A program made the position numbers and the translations under genes. A stretch of 64,000 nt of DNA from an uncultured Chloroflexia bacterium (GTDB lineage: Bacteria; Chloroflexota; Limnocylindria; Limnocylindrales; CSP1-4), in the NCBI GenBank assembly GCA_963766735.1, contig CAVYBU010000003.1:1-64000 (forward strand), written 5' to 3'. Every line of letters begins with the position of its first letter. Within the stretch, counting starts at the first letter, position 1. The notes under the pieces are model-generated. The model was given only the letters and a program-made list of their open reading frames with translations. It searched no databases and had not been told where the DNA came from. Positions 1 to 9,903 of this stretch are shown here, piece by piece.

Positions 1-1
1 C

Positions 2-184
2 GAGCGCGAGTGGCCCATCCTCGTCGCTCGCTATCTCGCGGACCGGACGGAGCCCAATGGTGGTGTGGTGCCGGGCACCGACCGGGCACAGCCCCCGCCC
101 GGGTCGGCCGTTGAGGAGCCACCGATACCGCCCAGCAGGACGCATCAGGTTGCCAGCGCGCCGGAAGGGAACCGATCCATATGA
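2..184 (+). CDS. 3' end of upstream gene, possibly a GbsR/MarR-type regulator (partial)
   Basis: Open frame from the window edge (EREWPILVARYLADR...) ending in a TGA that overlaps the ATG at 181 (ATGA coupling). Family guess comes from context only. Confidence 0.35.
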   Translation, partial: EREWPILVARYLADRTEPNGGVVPGTDRAQPPPGSAVEEPPIPPSRTHQVASAPEGNRSI

Positions 185-1095
185 CCGCAATCATCGAGGC
201 CGAGCGCCTCACCAAGAGCTACGGGAGCCACCGCGGCATCATCGACGTGGATCTCGAGATCCAGCAAGGCGAGGTCTTCGGCTTCCTTGGCCCGAACGGT
301 GCCGGCAAGACGACGACCATCCGCACCTTCCTCGACCTGATCCGGCCGACGAGCGGCGTCACCCGGGTGTTCGGGATCGAATCGTCGGTCGACCCGGTGG
401 CGATCCACCGCCGGGTGGGCTACATCCCCGGCGAGTTCGCGCTCTACGACCGCCTGACCGGCGGCCAGACCATCCAGTACTTCGCGAACCTGCGGGGCGG
501 GGTTGACCCGCTCTACCAGCAGGACCTCATCGCACGGATGGATCTCGATCCGTCACGCCGGTTCAAGGAGTACTCGAAGGGCAACAAGCAGAAGGTCGGC
601 ATCGTCATCGCGCTCCAGCACCGACCGGACCTGCTCGTGCTCGACGAGCCGACGTCGGGTCTCGATCCCCTCGTGCAGCAGTCCTTCTTCGGCCTCGTGC
701 AGGAGGCGAAGGCGGAGGGCCGGACGGTCTTCCTCTCGAGCCACATCCTGGGCGAGGTCGAGAAGACGTGTGCCCGGGTCGCGATCATCCGCGAGGGCCG
801 CATCGTGAAGACGGACACGGTCGAGGCCCTGCGCGACCTCGCCCATCACCAGGTGGAGCTGCGCTTCACGGACACGGTGCCGGTCGCGGCCTTCGAGAGC
901 CTGCCCGGCGTGAGCGACGTGGTCGCGGATGACCATGTCCTGCGGCTTCGCGTCACCGGCGCGATCACCCCGGTCGTCCGGGCGGCCGCGCAGTACGACC
1001 TGCTCGATTTCGTCAGCCGTGAGCCCAGCCTCGAGGAGACGTTCCTCGCGCAGTACGGCCCGCAGGCCGTTGGGGAGAGCAGCGATGTCAGCTAG
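181..1095 (+). CDS. ABC-2 type exporter ATP-binding subunit
   Basis: Walker A GPNGAGKTT, signature YSKGNKQK, Walker B LVLDEP, H-loop SSH. Confidence 0.95.
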   Translation: MTAIIEAERLTKSYGSHRGIIDVDLEIQQGEVFGFLGPNGAGKTTTIRTFLDLIRPTSGVTRVFGIESSVDPVAIHRRVGYIPGEFALYDRLTGGQTIQYFANLRGGVDPLYQQDLIARMDLDPSRRFKEYSKGNKQKVGIVIALQHRPDLLVLDEPTSGLDPLVQQSFFGLVQEAKAEGRTVFLSSHILGEVEKTCARVAIIREGRIVKTDTVEALRDLAHHQVELRFTDTVPVAAFESLPGVSDVVADDHVLRLRVTGAITPVVRAAAQYDLLDFVSREPSLEETFLAQYGPQAVGESSDVS

Positions 1096-2764
1096 TGCCG
1101 GCGCGCCGCCGCTGGCGGCAGCCCGTACCGGGACAACACGCCTGAGCCGGGTCTACGGGCTCGGCAGCATCTACGGCAAGACGATGCGCGACTCGCGCCT
1201 CGCCTTCATCATCGCCGCCGGCTTCCTGTGCGGCATGGCGCTCGTCATGGGCGCGGCAATCTCGACGGTGTTCCCAACGCCCAACGCGCGCCTCGAAGTG
1301 GACGCGCTCATCGGGAGCATGCCGGCGTCCATGGTCAACCTGTTCGGCAGGCCGGTGGATCTCGGGACCCTCGGCGGCTACATGACGTTCAAGTACGGCG
1401 CCATCTTCGCCCTGGGCGTCGCGCTGTGGTCGATCATGGCCCTCTCCGGCACGCTCGCCGGCGAGGCACGACGCGGCAGCCTGGACCTGGTCGCCACAAC
1501 GCCGTTCGGCAAGCGACGCATCGCCCTCGAGAAGCTGGCGGCCCACCTCACGGTGGTGTGGCTGGCGCTCGCGATCTTCGCCGTCGTCACGACGCTCAGC
1601 TCGACGATCTTCGGGGATGCCGCCCTCGGCGACACCATCCCGCTCGAGTCCTCCGTCGCCTTCGCCCTGTGGGTCGGGTTCCTCGCCATGTTCTTCGGCG
1701 GCATCGCGTTCGCTCTGTCGCCCATTCTCGGCCGCGCCGGCTCCGCGGGGGTCGCCGGCATCGCCATGGTCTTCCTGTGGATCGCCGCCGGCATGGAGAT
1801 CGGCGGACCGCTCGTGGTCCTGAGCCCGTTCGCGTGGACGGCGGACCACATCGGGCTCGTGGGCATGTACGACTGGCCCGCACTGGCACTGGTCGGCATC
1901 GTCGGCGTCGTGTTCCTGGCCATCGGTATCGAGCTGTTCGTACGCCGCGATCTCGGGGTCACGGCCGGACTCTCGCTGCCCAGCCTGCCGGCGGGCATCC
2001 TGGGCGTTCGCGGACCCATCAGCCGGGCATTCGGCGACCAGCTGCCACGAGCAACCTCGTGGGGCATCGGTCTCGGCCTCACCGGGGCGCTGCTCGCGTC
2101 CCTGGTCGGTCCGATGGCAGAGCAGATCCAGACCAGCCCCGACCTGATGAAGGTCTTCAGCACGATCTTCCCCGACTTCGACCTCGCCGCGGCCGGCGGC
2201 TTCCTCCAGCTGTACGTGGCGCTGCTGTACATCGCGGCGGGGTTCGCCGCTGCCACCTTCGTCTCGAAGTGGGCATCGGACGAGACCGATGGCCGCCTGG
2301 AGCTGGTCCTCACCTCACCGGCCAGCCGGGCCCGCTGGGCGCTGGCAGGCGGCGTCGCCGCGCTGGCCGCGATCGTGGTGATGAGCGTCCTGTTCGCGGC
2401 CGGCATCGGGCTGGGTGCAGTGTCGAGCAATGTGACCGCCGGTGAGGCGATGCTCGGTTCCGCGGCGCTCGGCGTGTATGCCGCGGCGATCGTCGGGATC
2501 GGCGTCGCGGTCGGCGGGCTGTGGCGGACGTCCCTCGCGGCGGAGGTCGCCGCGCTGTTCGTGGTTGCCACCTACCTCGTCGACATCCTCGCACCGGCGC
2601 TCGGCCTCCCGGACTGGGTGCATCAGCTCGCCCTGACCGCACACCTGGGCCAGCCGATGGCCGGCAACTGGGACCTGGTCGGGGTTGGCGCCTGCCTCGT
2701 GATCGCCGTCGGCGGCGTGCTGCTGGGGGCGTGGGGCATGAAGCGGCGCGACGTCACCGGGTAG
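1085..2764 (+). CDS. ABC-2 type exporter permease, internally duplicated
   Basis: Two hydrophobic repeats, each with a GE/DE..G.L.L motif and ending RRD. ATG at 1085 overlaps the ATPase end. Confidence 0.88.
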   Translation: MSASAGAPPLAAARTGTTRLSRVYGLGSIYGKTMRDSRLAFIIAAGFLCGMALVMGAAISTVFPTPNARLEVDALIGSMPASMVNLFGRPVDLGTLGGYMTFKYGAIFALGVALWSIMALSGTLAGEARRGSLDLVATTPFGKRRIALEKLAAHLTVVWLALAIFAVVTTLSSTIFGDAALGDTIPLESSVAFALWVGFLAMFFGGIAFALSPILGRAGSAGVAGIAMVFLWIAAGMEIGGPLVVLSPFAWTADHIGLVGMYDWPALALVGIVGVVFLAIGIELFVRRDLGVTAGLSLPSLPAGILGVRGPISRAFGDQLPRATSWGIGLGLTGALLASLVGPMAEQIQTSPDLMKVFSTIFPDFDLAAAGGFLQLYVALLYIAAGFAAATFVSKWASDETDGRLELVLTSPASRARWALAGGVAALAAIVVMSVLFAAGIGLGAVSSNVTAGEAMLGSAALGVYAAAIVGIGVAVGGLWRTSLAAEVAALFVVATYLVDILAPALGLPDWVHQLALTAHLGQPMAGNWDLVGVGACLVIAVGGVLLGAWGMKRRDVTG

Positions 2765-2843
2765 GCGAGGGGTCGGCCCGGGGTGTCTCCCGGGCCGGCC
2801 CGAGCGCCCCGCAGCACGGGGTCGCGAATCGACAAGGAGCCTC

Positions 2844-3752
2844 ATGACCGATCAGATCGCCATTCACATCGAGGGCCTGACCAAGCACTACGGCAGCGTC
2901 CACGCCCTGGTGGACCTGGACCTCGACGTTCGCGCCGGCGAGGTGTTCGGCTTCCTCGGCCCCAACGGCGCCGGCAAGACGACGACGATCCGGACCCTGC
3001 TCGACGAGATCCGCCCAACGGCAGGCCGGGCCACGATCAAGGGCCTCGACACCCACGAGAAGGTGGTGGAGATCCGGCGCCACGTCGGCTACGTGCCCAG
3101 CGACCTGGCGATGTACCCGAGCCTCACCGGGCGCGACACGCTGACCTACTTCGCGAACCTCCGGGGGGGCGTCGACTGGGCGTATGTCGATGTCCTGGCC
3201 GAGCGGCTCGACGCCGACCTCTCGCGGAAGGTCGGTGACCTGTCCTCCGGCAACCGGCAGAAGGTCGGCGTGATCCAGGCGTTCATGAACCGGCCCGACG
3301 TCCTGATCATGGACGAGCCCAGCGCCGGCCTGGACCCGCTCATCCAGCGCGAGTTCCAGGCGATGATGCGAGAGGTCGCCGCCGAGGGTCGGACGGTGTT
3401 CCTCTCCAGCCACACCCTCTCGGAGGTTCAGCGCGTCGCGGACCGGGTCGGGATCATCCGCAGCGGCCGCCTCGAGGCGGTCGAGTCGGTTGCCGACCTG
3501 CGCTCGAAGTCGATCCGAAGGGTCGAGTTCGAGTTCACCGAGCCGGCGGACGCCTCTGTGTTCGCATCCCTGCCCGGCGTCCGGAGCGTGGCGGTCGAGG
3601 ACCACCGGGTCGTCCTGTCCTACGACGGCCGGATGGACGTCCTCCTCAAGACCGCGACCGCGCGCTATGACGTCGTGGACATCACGTCCCAGCCGGCCGA
3701 TCTCGAGGAGATCTTCCTCACCTACTACAGCGACGAGGCGGTGGCCGGGTGA
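2844..3752 (+). CDS. ABC-2 type exporter ATP-binding subunit (paralog of 181..1095)
   Basis: GPNGAGKTT, LSSGNRQK, IMDEP, SSH; RBS AAGGAG upstream. Confidence 0.95.
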   Translation: MTDQIAIHIEGLTKHYGSVHALVDLDLDVRAGEVFGFLGPNGAGKTTTIRTLLDEIRPTAGRATIKGLDTHEKVVEIRRHVGYVPSDLAMYPSLTGRDTLTYFANLRGGVDWAYVDVLAERLDADLSRKVGDLSSGNRQKVGVIQAFMNRPDVLIMDEPSAGLDPLIQREFQAMMREVAAEGRTVFLSSHTLSEVQRVADRVGIIRSGRLEAVESVADLRSKSIRRVEFEFTEPADASVFASLPGVRSVAVEDHRVVLSYDGRMDVLLKTATARYDVVDITSQPADLEEIFLTYYSDEAVAG

Positions 3753-5407
3753 TGCTGGCCGGCGTCCTGACCAAGACAGTCCGCGACCGCTGGGTGGCGT
3801 TCGTCGTGGGGTCGGTCGCGATCGGCCTGTTCACCGTCTTCGGCATGGCCGTCTACAGCGGGATCGATCTCTCCTTCTACGCCGGGCTGCCGGAACCACT
3901 CCTGGGGCTGATGGGCATCTCGGATGTGACCGACCTCAGCGGGCTCTCGTATGGGGCCATCTTCAGCTTCATGGGCGCGATGACCCTGGCCGGGCTCGCC
4001 GTCTGGGTGGGCGCCGGCGTTGTGGCCGGCGAGGAGCGCAACGGAACCATCAGCCTGCTGCTCGGCAACCCGAAGAGCCGGACGCATGTGCTTCTCGCCA
4101 GCGCGGGAGCCCTGGTCCTCCTCACCGCGCTGGGCGCGCTGATCATGCTCGCCGGCGGCCTTCTCAGCCCGGTGATCCTCGATGTCGACATCGGGGGCAG
4201 GGATATCGGGGCGCTGACGTTCCACCTGTTCGCCAACGCGCTGTTCTACGGCTTCATCGCGCTCGCAATCGGAGCGTGGACGGGCAACGGCGGGCTCGCG
4301 ACGGGTGTCGCCGCTGCCGTGATGGTCGTCTCCTACATCGCCGTCGGCCTGCTGCCGCTGTTCAAGGGGCTCGAGGACGTCGCCCGGGTGTTCCCCTGGT
4401 ACTACTTCGACGGCAGCGACCCCCAGTTCAACGGCATCGACTGGGGCCACATCGGCGTCCTGGCCGCCGGTTCCGGGATCCTCGCCGGGCTGGCGGTGAT
4501 CGGCTGGAACCGCCGCGATCTCAGGGGTCGGAGCACGGGGCGGACGATGGTCGACCGGCTCCGGAGCAGCCCGATCACCCGCAGGATCGTGGACCGGCTC
4601 GCTGGCTCCGCGGCCGTCTCCCACGTCTGGACCAGGACCATCTCGGAGCACCAGGCGCTCCTCGTGATCACCGCCTACATCATGGCCCTCGTGGGCATCT
4701 TCTACGGTCCGCTCTACTCGTTGCTCCCGGCTGAGGTCCTGGGCATGGCCGACCAGCTCCCCAAGGAGCTGCTGGCCCTCGTGGGCAATGCCGACATGAG
4801 CACGCCCGAGGGCTTCTACACGATCGAGGGCTTCGGCCTTGTCGTGCCGATCGCGATGATCCTCGTCACCGTCACGGTCGGATCCCGCGCCCTGGCCGGC
4901 GAGGAGGGGAACCGCACGATGGGCCTCCTCCTCGCGAACCCCGTCAAGCGCTCGAGCGTCGTCGTGGAGAAGACCGTGGCGCTGGTCATCATCGCCGCGG
5001 TCCTCGGGCTCGTCGCCTTCGGTGCGACGGTCCTGGGGTCCTATCTCGGTGGACTCGGCATGGATGCGGGCCACATCGCGGCGATCTGCCTCCTGGCCGT
5101 GCTGCTCGGGCTGGTCGTCGGCGGGCTGGCGCTCCTGCTGAGCGCCGCCACGGGCCGGGTGCGGTGGGCCGTGGAGGGCTCGATGGGGTTCGCGCTGATC
5201 GCCTGGCTGTTCAACGCCTACCTGCCGCTCAACGACAGCGTTGCCCGCTTCGCGGAGCTGTCCCCGTTCTACTACTACCTGGGCAATGACCCACTGGTCA
5301 ACGGGATCCACTGGGGCCATGCAGCGCTGCTGGCCGGGCTGTTCCTGGCAACGGCGGCTCTGTCCGTGGTCCTCTTCGAGCGCCGGGACCTGCGCCAGAC
5401 CAGCTAG
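3752..5407 (+). CDS. ABC-2 type exporter permease, internally duplicated
   Basis: Two repeats (AGEERNGT / AGEEGNRT; ..RRDL); TGATG coupling to the ATPase. Confidence 0.9.
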   Translation: MLAGVLTKTVRDRWVAFVVGSVAIGLFTVFGMAVYSGIDLSFYAGLPEPLLGLMGISDVTDLSGLSYGAIFSFMGAMTLAGLAVWVGAGVVAGEERNGTISLLLGNPKSRTHVLLASAGALVLLTALGALIMLAGGLLSPVILDVDIGGRDIGALTFHLFANALFYGFIALAIGAWTGNGGLATGVAAAVMVVSYIAVGLLPLFKGLEDVARVFPWYYFDGSDPQFNGIDWGHIGVLAAGSGILAGLAVIGWNRRDLRGRSTGRTMVDRLRSSPITRRIVDRLAGSAAVSHVWTRTISEHQALLVITAYIMALVGIFYGPLYSLLPAEVLGMADQLPKELLALVGNADMSTPEGFYTIEGFGLVVPIAMILVTVTVGSRALAGEEGNRTMGLLLANPVKRSSVVVEKTVALVIIAAVLGLVAFGATVLGSYLGGLGMDAGHIAAICLLAVLLGLVVGGLALLLSAATGRVRWAVEGSMGFALIAWLFNAYLPLNDSVARFAELSPFYYYLGNDPLVNGIHWGHAALLAGLFLATAALSVVLFERRDLRQTS

Positions 5408-5467
5408 GTTCGAGGCGACGCGTTCGGCAGCGGGGCGTCGTCCTGCCGTGGCCCGGCCGGCGGCCCG

Positions 5468-7045
5468 TCAGACCGCGCGGCGGCGCAGCTCGTGGACCGC
5501 GTCGTGCAGCTCCGCGGTGCTCAGGTCGGTCGTCGCGCGAACCAGCTCGTGCGGTCGCCCGCCCGCGAACGCGACTCCGGCTCCAGATCCGGACGCGTGG
5601 GTGTACGTGCGGAGGTCCGCGTGGTCGTGCGTGTGGTCGTCCTCATACACGTCGGGCGCCCACGGGACGCCGAGCGGGAACAGCTCCGCGAACATCTCCA
5701 CGAGCTCGGGGTCGAACTGGATGCCGGCCTGGCGGCGCAGCTCCGCGATCGCCTCGTCGTGGGTGATGGCGACACGGTACGGACGCCCGCCGATCATCGC
5801 CTCGTAGGCGTCCACGATGGACACGATCCGGGCTCCGACCGGGATCTCCGTGCCGGCCAGCCCGTGCGGGTAGCCGCGCCCGTCGAACCACTCGTGGTGG
5901 TGGAGCACGATCGTGGCGGCGTCACGCAGGGCGCCCGCCTGCTCCAGCACCACCTGGCCGATCTTGGGATGCTCAGTGACGACCCGCCACTCGGACGCCG
6001 CGAGGTCGCCGGGCTTGGCCAGGATCTCGTCCGGGATCGCCAGCTTGCCGAGGTCATGGAGCAGGCTTGCGGTCCGGATGCGGTCGAGCTCGCCTTCGGG
6101 CAGGTCGATCGAGCGGGCGAGCGCCACGGAGGCCTCCGCGATCAGGACGGAAGGCCTGCCTGCCCAGGACGCCCGGCCCACGAGCGTCCTGAGGAGCGCG
6201 TCCTGGGCCGCCGCCATGGCCGCGCGGCCCACGTCCACGGCTTGCGAGCGCGCCTCCGTGCCGATCGGAGAGCGGCGGACGGTGTCCTGATCGCCGGTCT
6301 CCCGGAACACGAACACCTGGTTGCGCCCGAGCGCCTTGGCGGAATAGAGCGCGGCGTCCGCATCGCGGACCAGGGCATCCGCCTCGAGGACACTGCCCAG
6401 CCCGCCCGCCACGCCGGCGGACAGCGTGATCGTCGCGCACTCGCCATCCGGCAGGCGGATCTCGCTGCCCGCGACGATCCGGCGCAGCTTCTCGGCCAGC
6501 GATGCAGCCGCGTCAACATCCGTCTCCGGCAGCACGACCAGGAACTCCTCGCCGCCGTACCGGCCGGCGTGGTCCACGGCCCGGACGTTGACGCTCAGGA
6601 GCTGGGCCACGTGCCGCAGGACAACATCGCCCGCGGCATGGCCGTGCGTGTCGTTCAGCCGCTTGAACTGGTCGAGGTCCACGAGGATCACCGACAGGGG
6701 GTGGTAGTAGCGCGTCGCACGGGCGATCTCGTCGTCGACGCGGCTGAGCACCGCCTGGCGGTTGGGGATGCCGGTGAGCTGATCGACCGTCGCCAGCCGC
6801 CAGGTGTCGGCGACCCGGTCCGCGAGGCCGCGGAAGGCGGCGCGGAGGCGCGGGTCCCTGATCCGCCCCGCGTCGAGCGCGACCAGGGCTCCCTCGTCTG
6901 CCGCGTCCCTGAGACGCTCTGCGAGCGTGGCGAGCCGGCGGTCCTGGCGGCGCACGACGAACGCGGAGAAGCCCGCTGTCCCGGCGAGCGCGCCGATCAG
7001 CGCGATCGCGACGGCAAGGACCAGCGCGACGGTCTGGGCGTCCAA
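5468..7045 (-). CDS. Membrane-anchored GGDEF + HD-GYP c-di-GMP enzyme
   Basis: N-terminal TM helix; DQLTG, DLDQFKRLND, RAVD I-site, GGEEF; then LHDLGK and HHEWFDGRGYP. Confidence 0.92.
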   Translation of the reverse strand: MDAQTVALVLAVAIALIGALAGTAGFSAFVVRRQDRRLATLAERLRDAADEGALVALDAGRIRDPRLRAAFRGLADRVADTWRLATVDQLTGIPNRQAVLSRVDDEIARATRYYHPLSVILVDLDQFKRLNDTHGHAAGDVVLRHVAQLLSVNVRAVDHAGRYGGEEFLVVLPETDVDAAASLAEKLRRIVAGSEIRLPDGECATITLSAGVAGGLGSVLEADALVRDADAALYSAKALGRNQVFVFRETGDQDTVRRSPIGTEARSQAVDVGRAAMAAAQDALLRTLVGRASWAGRPSVLIAEASVALARSIDLPEGELDRIRTASLLHDLGKLAIPDEILAKPGDLAASEWRVVTEHPKIGQVVLEQAGALRDAATIVLHHHEWFDGRGYPHGLAGTEIPVGARIVSIVDAYEAMIGGRPYRVAITHDEAIAELRRQAGIQFDPELVEMFAELFPLGVPWAPDVYEDDHTHDHADLRTYTHASGSGAGVAFAGGRPHELVRATTDLSTAELHDAVHELRRRAV

Positions 7046-7266
7046 AGGGCTGTCACCGCCTGTTGTTCGGGGCGCGGCACGGACCAGGTGGCCGCACGCG
7101 CTCTCTGGAGGCTACGCGACGGAACGGTGACGACCATGGGGCGATGGTCCCGGTGCCCCCGCACGATTCGGCGTCGGTTCCCGAGCGCACCGCACACCCG
7201 CCCACCAGGTCATGGCCCATAGGTACCGGGGCGGCACGTCAGTGCGAGAGCGCGCGATCCGTCCGG

Positions 7267-8106
7267 TCAGACGCCCTCCCGTCCGTCCCGGTTCACCCGG
7301 CCGCGCGCGAGGTCGCGTCCGCCGTCGTCACGCAGCCGCCACGCCCACCCGTCGGCCCCGGCACCCTCCGGCCACGCGGTGCCCGTCAGCGCAGCACCGG
7401 GCGCCGCGGCCGCCACGTACTCGAGCCTGACCCGGCGCGGAACCGCGGCGAGAATCCGGCGGCCGGGCTCGCCCGCGGCATGCAGCGCCTCCTCGAGGTA
7501 GTCCACGTAGGCGGCGTTGTTGACGTGGCCCATCGGGTCGATGTCCTGCGGACGGACCGTGGACCGGTGGGCGGCCGCATCGGGAGGCGCCGGGGGCAGG
7601 GATACACGTCCCGGTTCGAACGTGCCGGGTTGGACGGCAAACCGGGCCGCGAACTCGGGTGGCACGCGTCCGGGCATGCCCCGGTGGTCCGTCATCACCC
7701 AGTCCGTGTGGCCCCAGAACGCCAGGGTGCCGTCGCCCAGGCGCGCCTCGGTGCGGCGCCGCGCCCACACGCGGCGGATCCCCGTGACCGCGGTGGAGAT
7801 CGCCAGGGTCGTGCCCAGGGGGATGGTCGCGAGGATCACCAGGTCCGCCGCACGCACCACCCAGGCAAGTCCGTGCCCCGCGTACCAGGCCCGGTCAAAG
7901 CCCAGCCGCTCGGAGTGGACCCAGGCGATGTCCTGCGCGTAGCGGAGCAGGGCGGAGGTTCGCACGATGCCGTCGGGGCCGCACTCGTCGAACCGGGTCC
8001 GATAGGGGATCGTCATGCCTGCGCCGGGGGCCGGCGTGGCGTCGGAGGGCGCGGCGTCTTGCTCTCGGGATCTGCGATCCTCGCGGTCGGCGGGATCGCC
8101 GCTCAT
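7267..8106 (-). CDS. Acyl-ACP thioesterase (double hotdog fold)
   Basis: TRFDECGPDG, WVVR, DIDPMGHVNNAAY. Start is 8106 (ATGA overlap) or 8016. Confidence 0.85.
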   Translation of the reverse strand: MSGDPADREDRRSREQDAAPSDATPAPGAGMTIPYRTRFDECGPDGIVRTSALLRYAQDIAWVHSERLGFDRAWYAGHGLAWVVRAADLVILATIPLGTTLAISTAVTGIRRVWARRRTEARLGDGTLAFWGHTDWVMTDHRGMPGRVPPEFAARFAVQPGTFEPGRVSLPPAPPDAAAHRSTVRPQDIDPMGHVNNAAYVDYLEEALHAAGEPGRRILAAVPRRVRLEYVAAAAPGAALTGTAWPEGAGADGWAWRLRDDGGRDLARGRVNRDGREGV

Positions 8107-8789
8107 GCCGGCTTGCGTCCAGCCAACCGGTCCAGCCCCTCCAGGGCGATCAGCTTCAGGCTGTCGACGGCGACCGGGCCGCGCTCCCGGACCAGCCGTA
8201 CCTCGCACGAGCGTCGGGCATCGAAGACGACCAGCCCGGCCAGCAGCCGCACGCCCTCGTCGGCAGCGCCCCGGCGCGCGTCGTCGAGCTGGTGCAGGAC
8301 ATCCGCCTTGATTCCGCGCGCGCCCCACTTGCAGTCCCACGCCTCGCCGGCGCCATCCCGCTCCACCGTGACGTCGTAGGGGTGGATCTCCGCCGGTCGC
8401 CCGTCGAACAGGATGCGGCGCTCACGCCGGACCGGGCCGGTCCGGGCGGCGAGCAGGAGCTCGGTGAGCGCCTCCACGATGGCTCCGCGGAACTGGCTGC
8501 GCGTCTGGTCCCCGCGGTCCGCCACGGCCAGCGACACGGCCAGGATCGCATCGGAGCGATCCCTGGCAGGATCTCCGGGGAGCGGGGCGGCCGGACCGAA
8601 GAGGGTCGGGAACATCGTCCGCCACGAGACCGGATCCAGGGACTCGCCGTTCATCACGGCCCGCGCCAGGAGACGCTGGACAGTCGTGGCTTCGGCCAGC
8701 AACCCGGCCGCTCGCACCACGAGCGGGTCCGCCTGGATGTGCGCGTAGACGACTGCCCTCCCGTCTGGCCGGGCCTCCATGTACCGCAT
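8103..8789 (-). CDS. Hypothetical protein with PD-(D/E)XK nuclease-like motif
   Basis: RGAIVEAL...PYDVTV...WDCKWG pattern; translationally coupled at both ends. Confidence 0.6.
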   Translation of the reverse strand: MRYMEARPDGRAVVYAHIQADPLVVRAAGLLAEATTVQRLLARAVMNGESLDPVSWRTMFPTLFGPAAPLPGDPARDRSDAILAVSLAVADRGDQTRSQFRGAIVEALTELLLAARTGPVRRERRILFDGRPAEIHPYDVTVERDGAGEAWDCKWGARGIKADVLHQLDDARRGAADEGVRLLAGLVVFDARRSCEVRLVRERGPVAVDSLKLIALEGLDRLAGRKPA

Positions 8790-9088
8790 CAGGAGGGTTC
8801 TCCCAGGGCAGCGAGAGCCACCTGCGGAAGCGTGGACAACCAGTCGATGGCGCGGTGCGGATCCGTGACGCGACCGGCCTCGTCGACCAGCGCGGTCAGG
8901 GCCTCGTCGGTGCCCGGCGGCGCAGGCTCGCTGCCGCGCGCATCGGCGACGGCGCGCAGGCGGGCACGCCAGACCGTGCCCAAGTCGGTGACGTACTGGT
9001 ACTCGTCCTCGATGGGCTCCGCGGTCGCACACAGGACGGTGAACCCGGCGAGGGCGCGGTCGATCAGATCGGCGACTGTTGCAGGCAT
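8789..9088 (-). CDS. Small hypothetical protein
   Basis: Normal composition (MPATVADLIDRALAGF...); TACGCT -10 lies 7 nt upstream; TGATG overlap with the next gene. Confidence 0.65.
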   Translation of the reverse strand: MPATVADLIDRALAGFTVLCATAEPIEDEYQYVTDLGTVWRARLRAVADARGSEPAPPGTDEALTALVDEAGRVTDPHRAIDWLSTLPQVALAALGEPS

Positions 9089-9158
9089 GCCCCGCAGCGT
9101 ACGACGCGCAGCCGGATCGCGGAGCGCCCCGTGGGACCAACTGCCCGGCGGACGAGGA

Positions 9159-9419
9159 TCAGGCTGGGTCGCCGCTCCGCGAGAGGACCGTCGTCGCGGC
9201 CGCGCGCGGGCTGGCCGCCAGGCGCTGCTTCGCTTCCTGCTCCAGGCGCCCCAGCTTGCGACGGCCGTGCTCATCCCAGCGCGTCGAGTAGACCCGCAGG
9301 GCCTTGCGCCGGATCTCGTATGCGGCCTGCCGCTCGCCGGCGCGCTCGAGGCGTGCGACGCCGTCCAGCACGGCCCGGTAGAGCCCGGGGAGAACCTCGG
9401 CAGGGTTCTGATCATCCAT
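9159..9419 (-). CDS. Small helical hypothetical protein
   Basis: MDDQNPAEVLPGLYRAVLDGVARLE... protein-like composition. Confidence 0.6.
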   Translation of the reverse strand: MDDQNPAEVLPGLYRAVLDGVARLERAGERQAAYEIRRKALRVYSTRWDEHGRRKLGRLEQEAKQRLAASPRAAATTVLSRSGDPA

Positions 9420-9576
9420 CCAGAAGATGGTGGCCGCGGCGGGGACCGACGGGTATGGGTGGGATGTCCCGGGCGGACCCGCCGGGAGTCCGGGGTGCGT
9501 TGCCCGAGCGCACCGCGGTGCCATCCGCGGGCCTAGGATCCAGGTCTCGCGACCTGCGGGCGCTCCGCGGCATCGC

Positions 9577-9903
9577 TCAGTCGCCCCGGTGAGCCCCGCT
9601 CTCGATCCGGAAGCCACGACCGATCCCCCTGGCGGGCTCCCAGCGAACGATCACCCGGTCCACGTATCCCGCCGGAGGCCCGGCCTCCAGCCGCGCGACC
9701 AGCGCATCAAGGTCCGTGCGTCGTCCCTCGGCCACAACCCGGACGCTGCCGTCCGCCTCGTTGGCCACGAACCCGTCGAGCCCGAGCGCGCCCGCCTCCC
9801 GAAGGGCGAACACCCGATACCCGACGCCCTGGACTCGCCCGCGGACGCTCGCATCCAGGCGGGAGCGCCCGCCGGCGCCATCGGGCGCGCCAGAGCCGGT
9901 CAT
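9577..9903 (-). CDS. acyP: Acylphosphatase
   Basis: VRGRVQGVGYR, GFVANEADGSV, GPPAG motifs. Confidence 0.95.
   Translation of the reverse strand: MTGSGAPDGAGGRSRLDASVRGRVQGVGYRVFALREAGALGLDGFVANEADGSVRVVAEGRRTDLDALVARLEAGPPAGYVDRVIVRWEPARGIGRGFRIESGAHRGD

Noticed and set aside
7046-7266. c-di-GMP riboswitch upstream of the GGDEF gene
   Set aside because: No GEMM-I or GEMM-II consensus recognisable on either strand.
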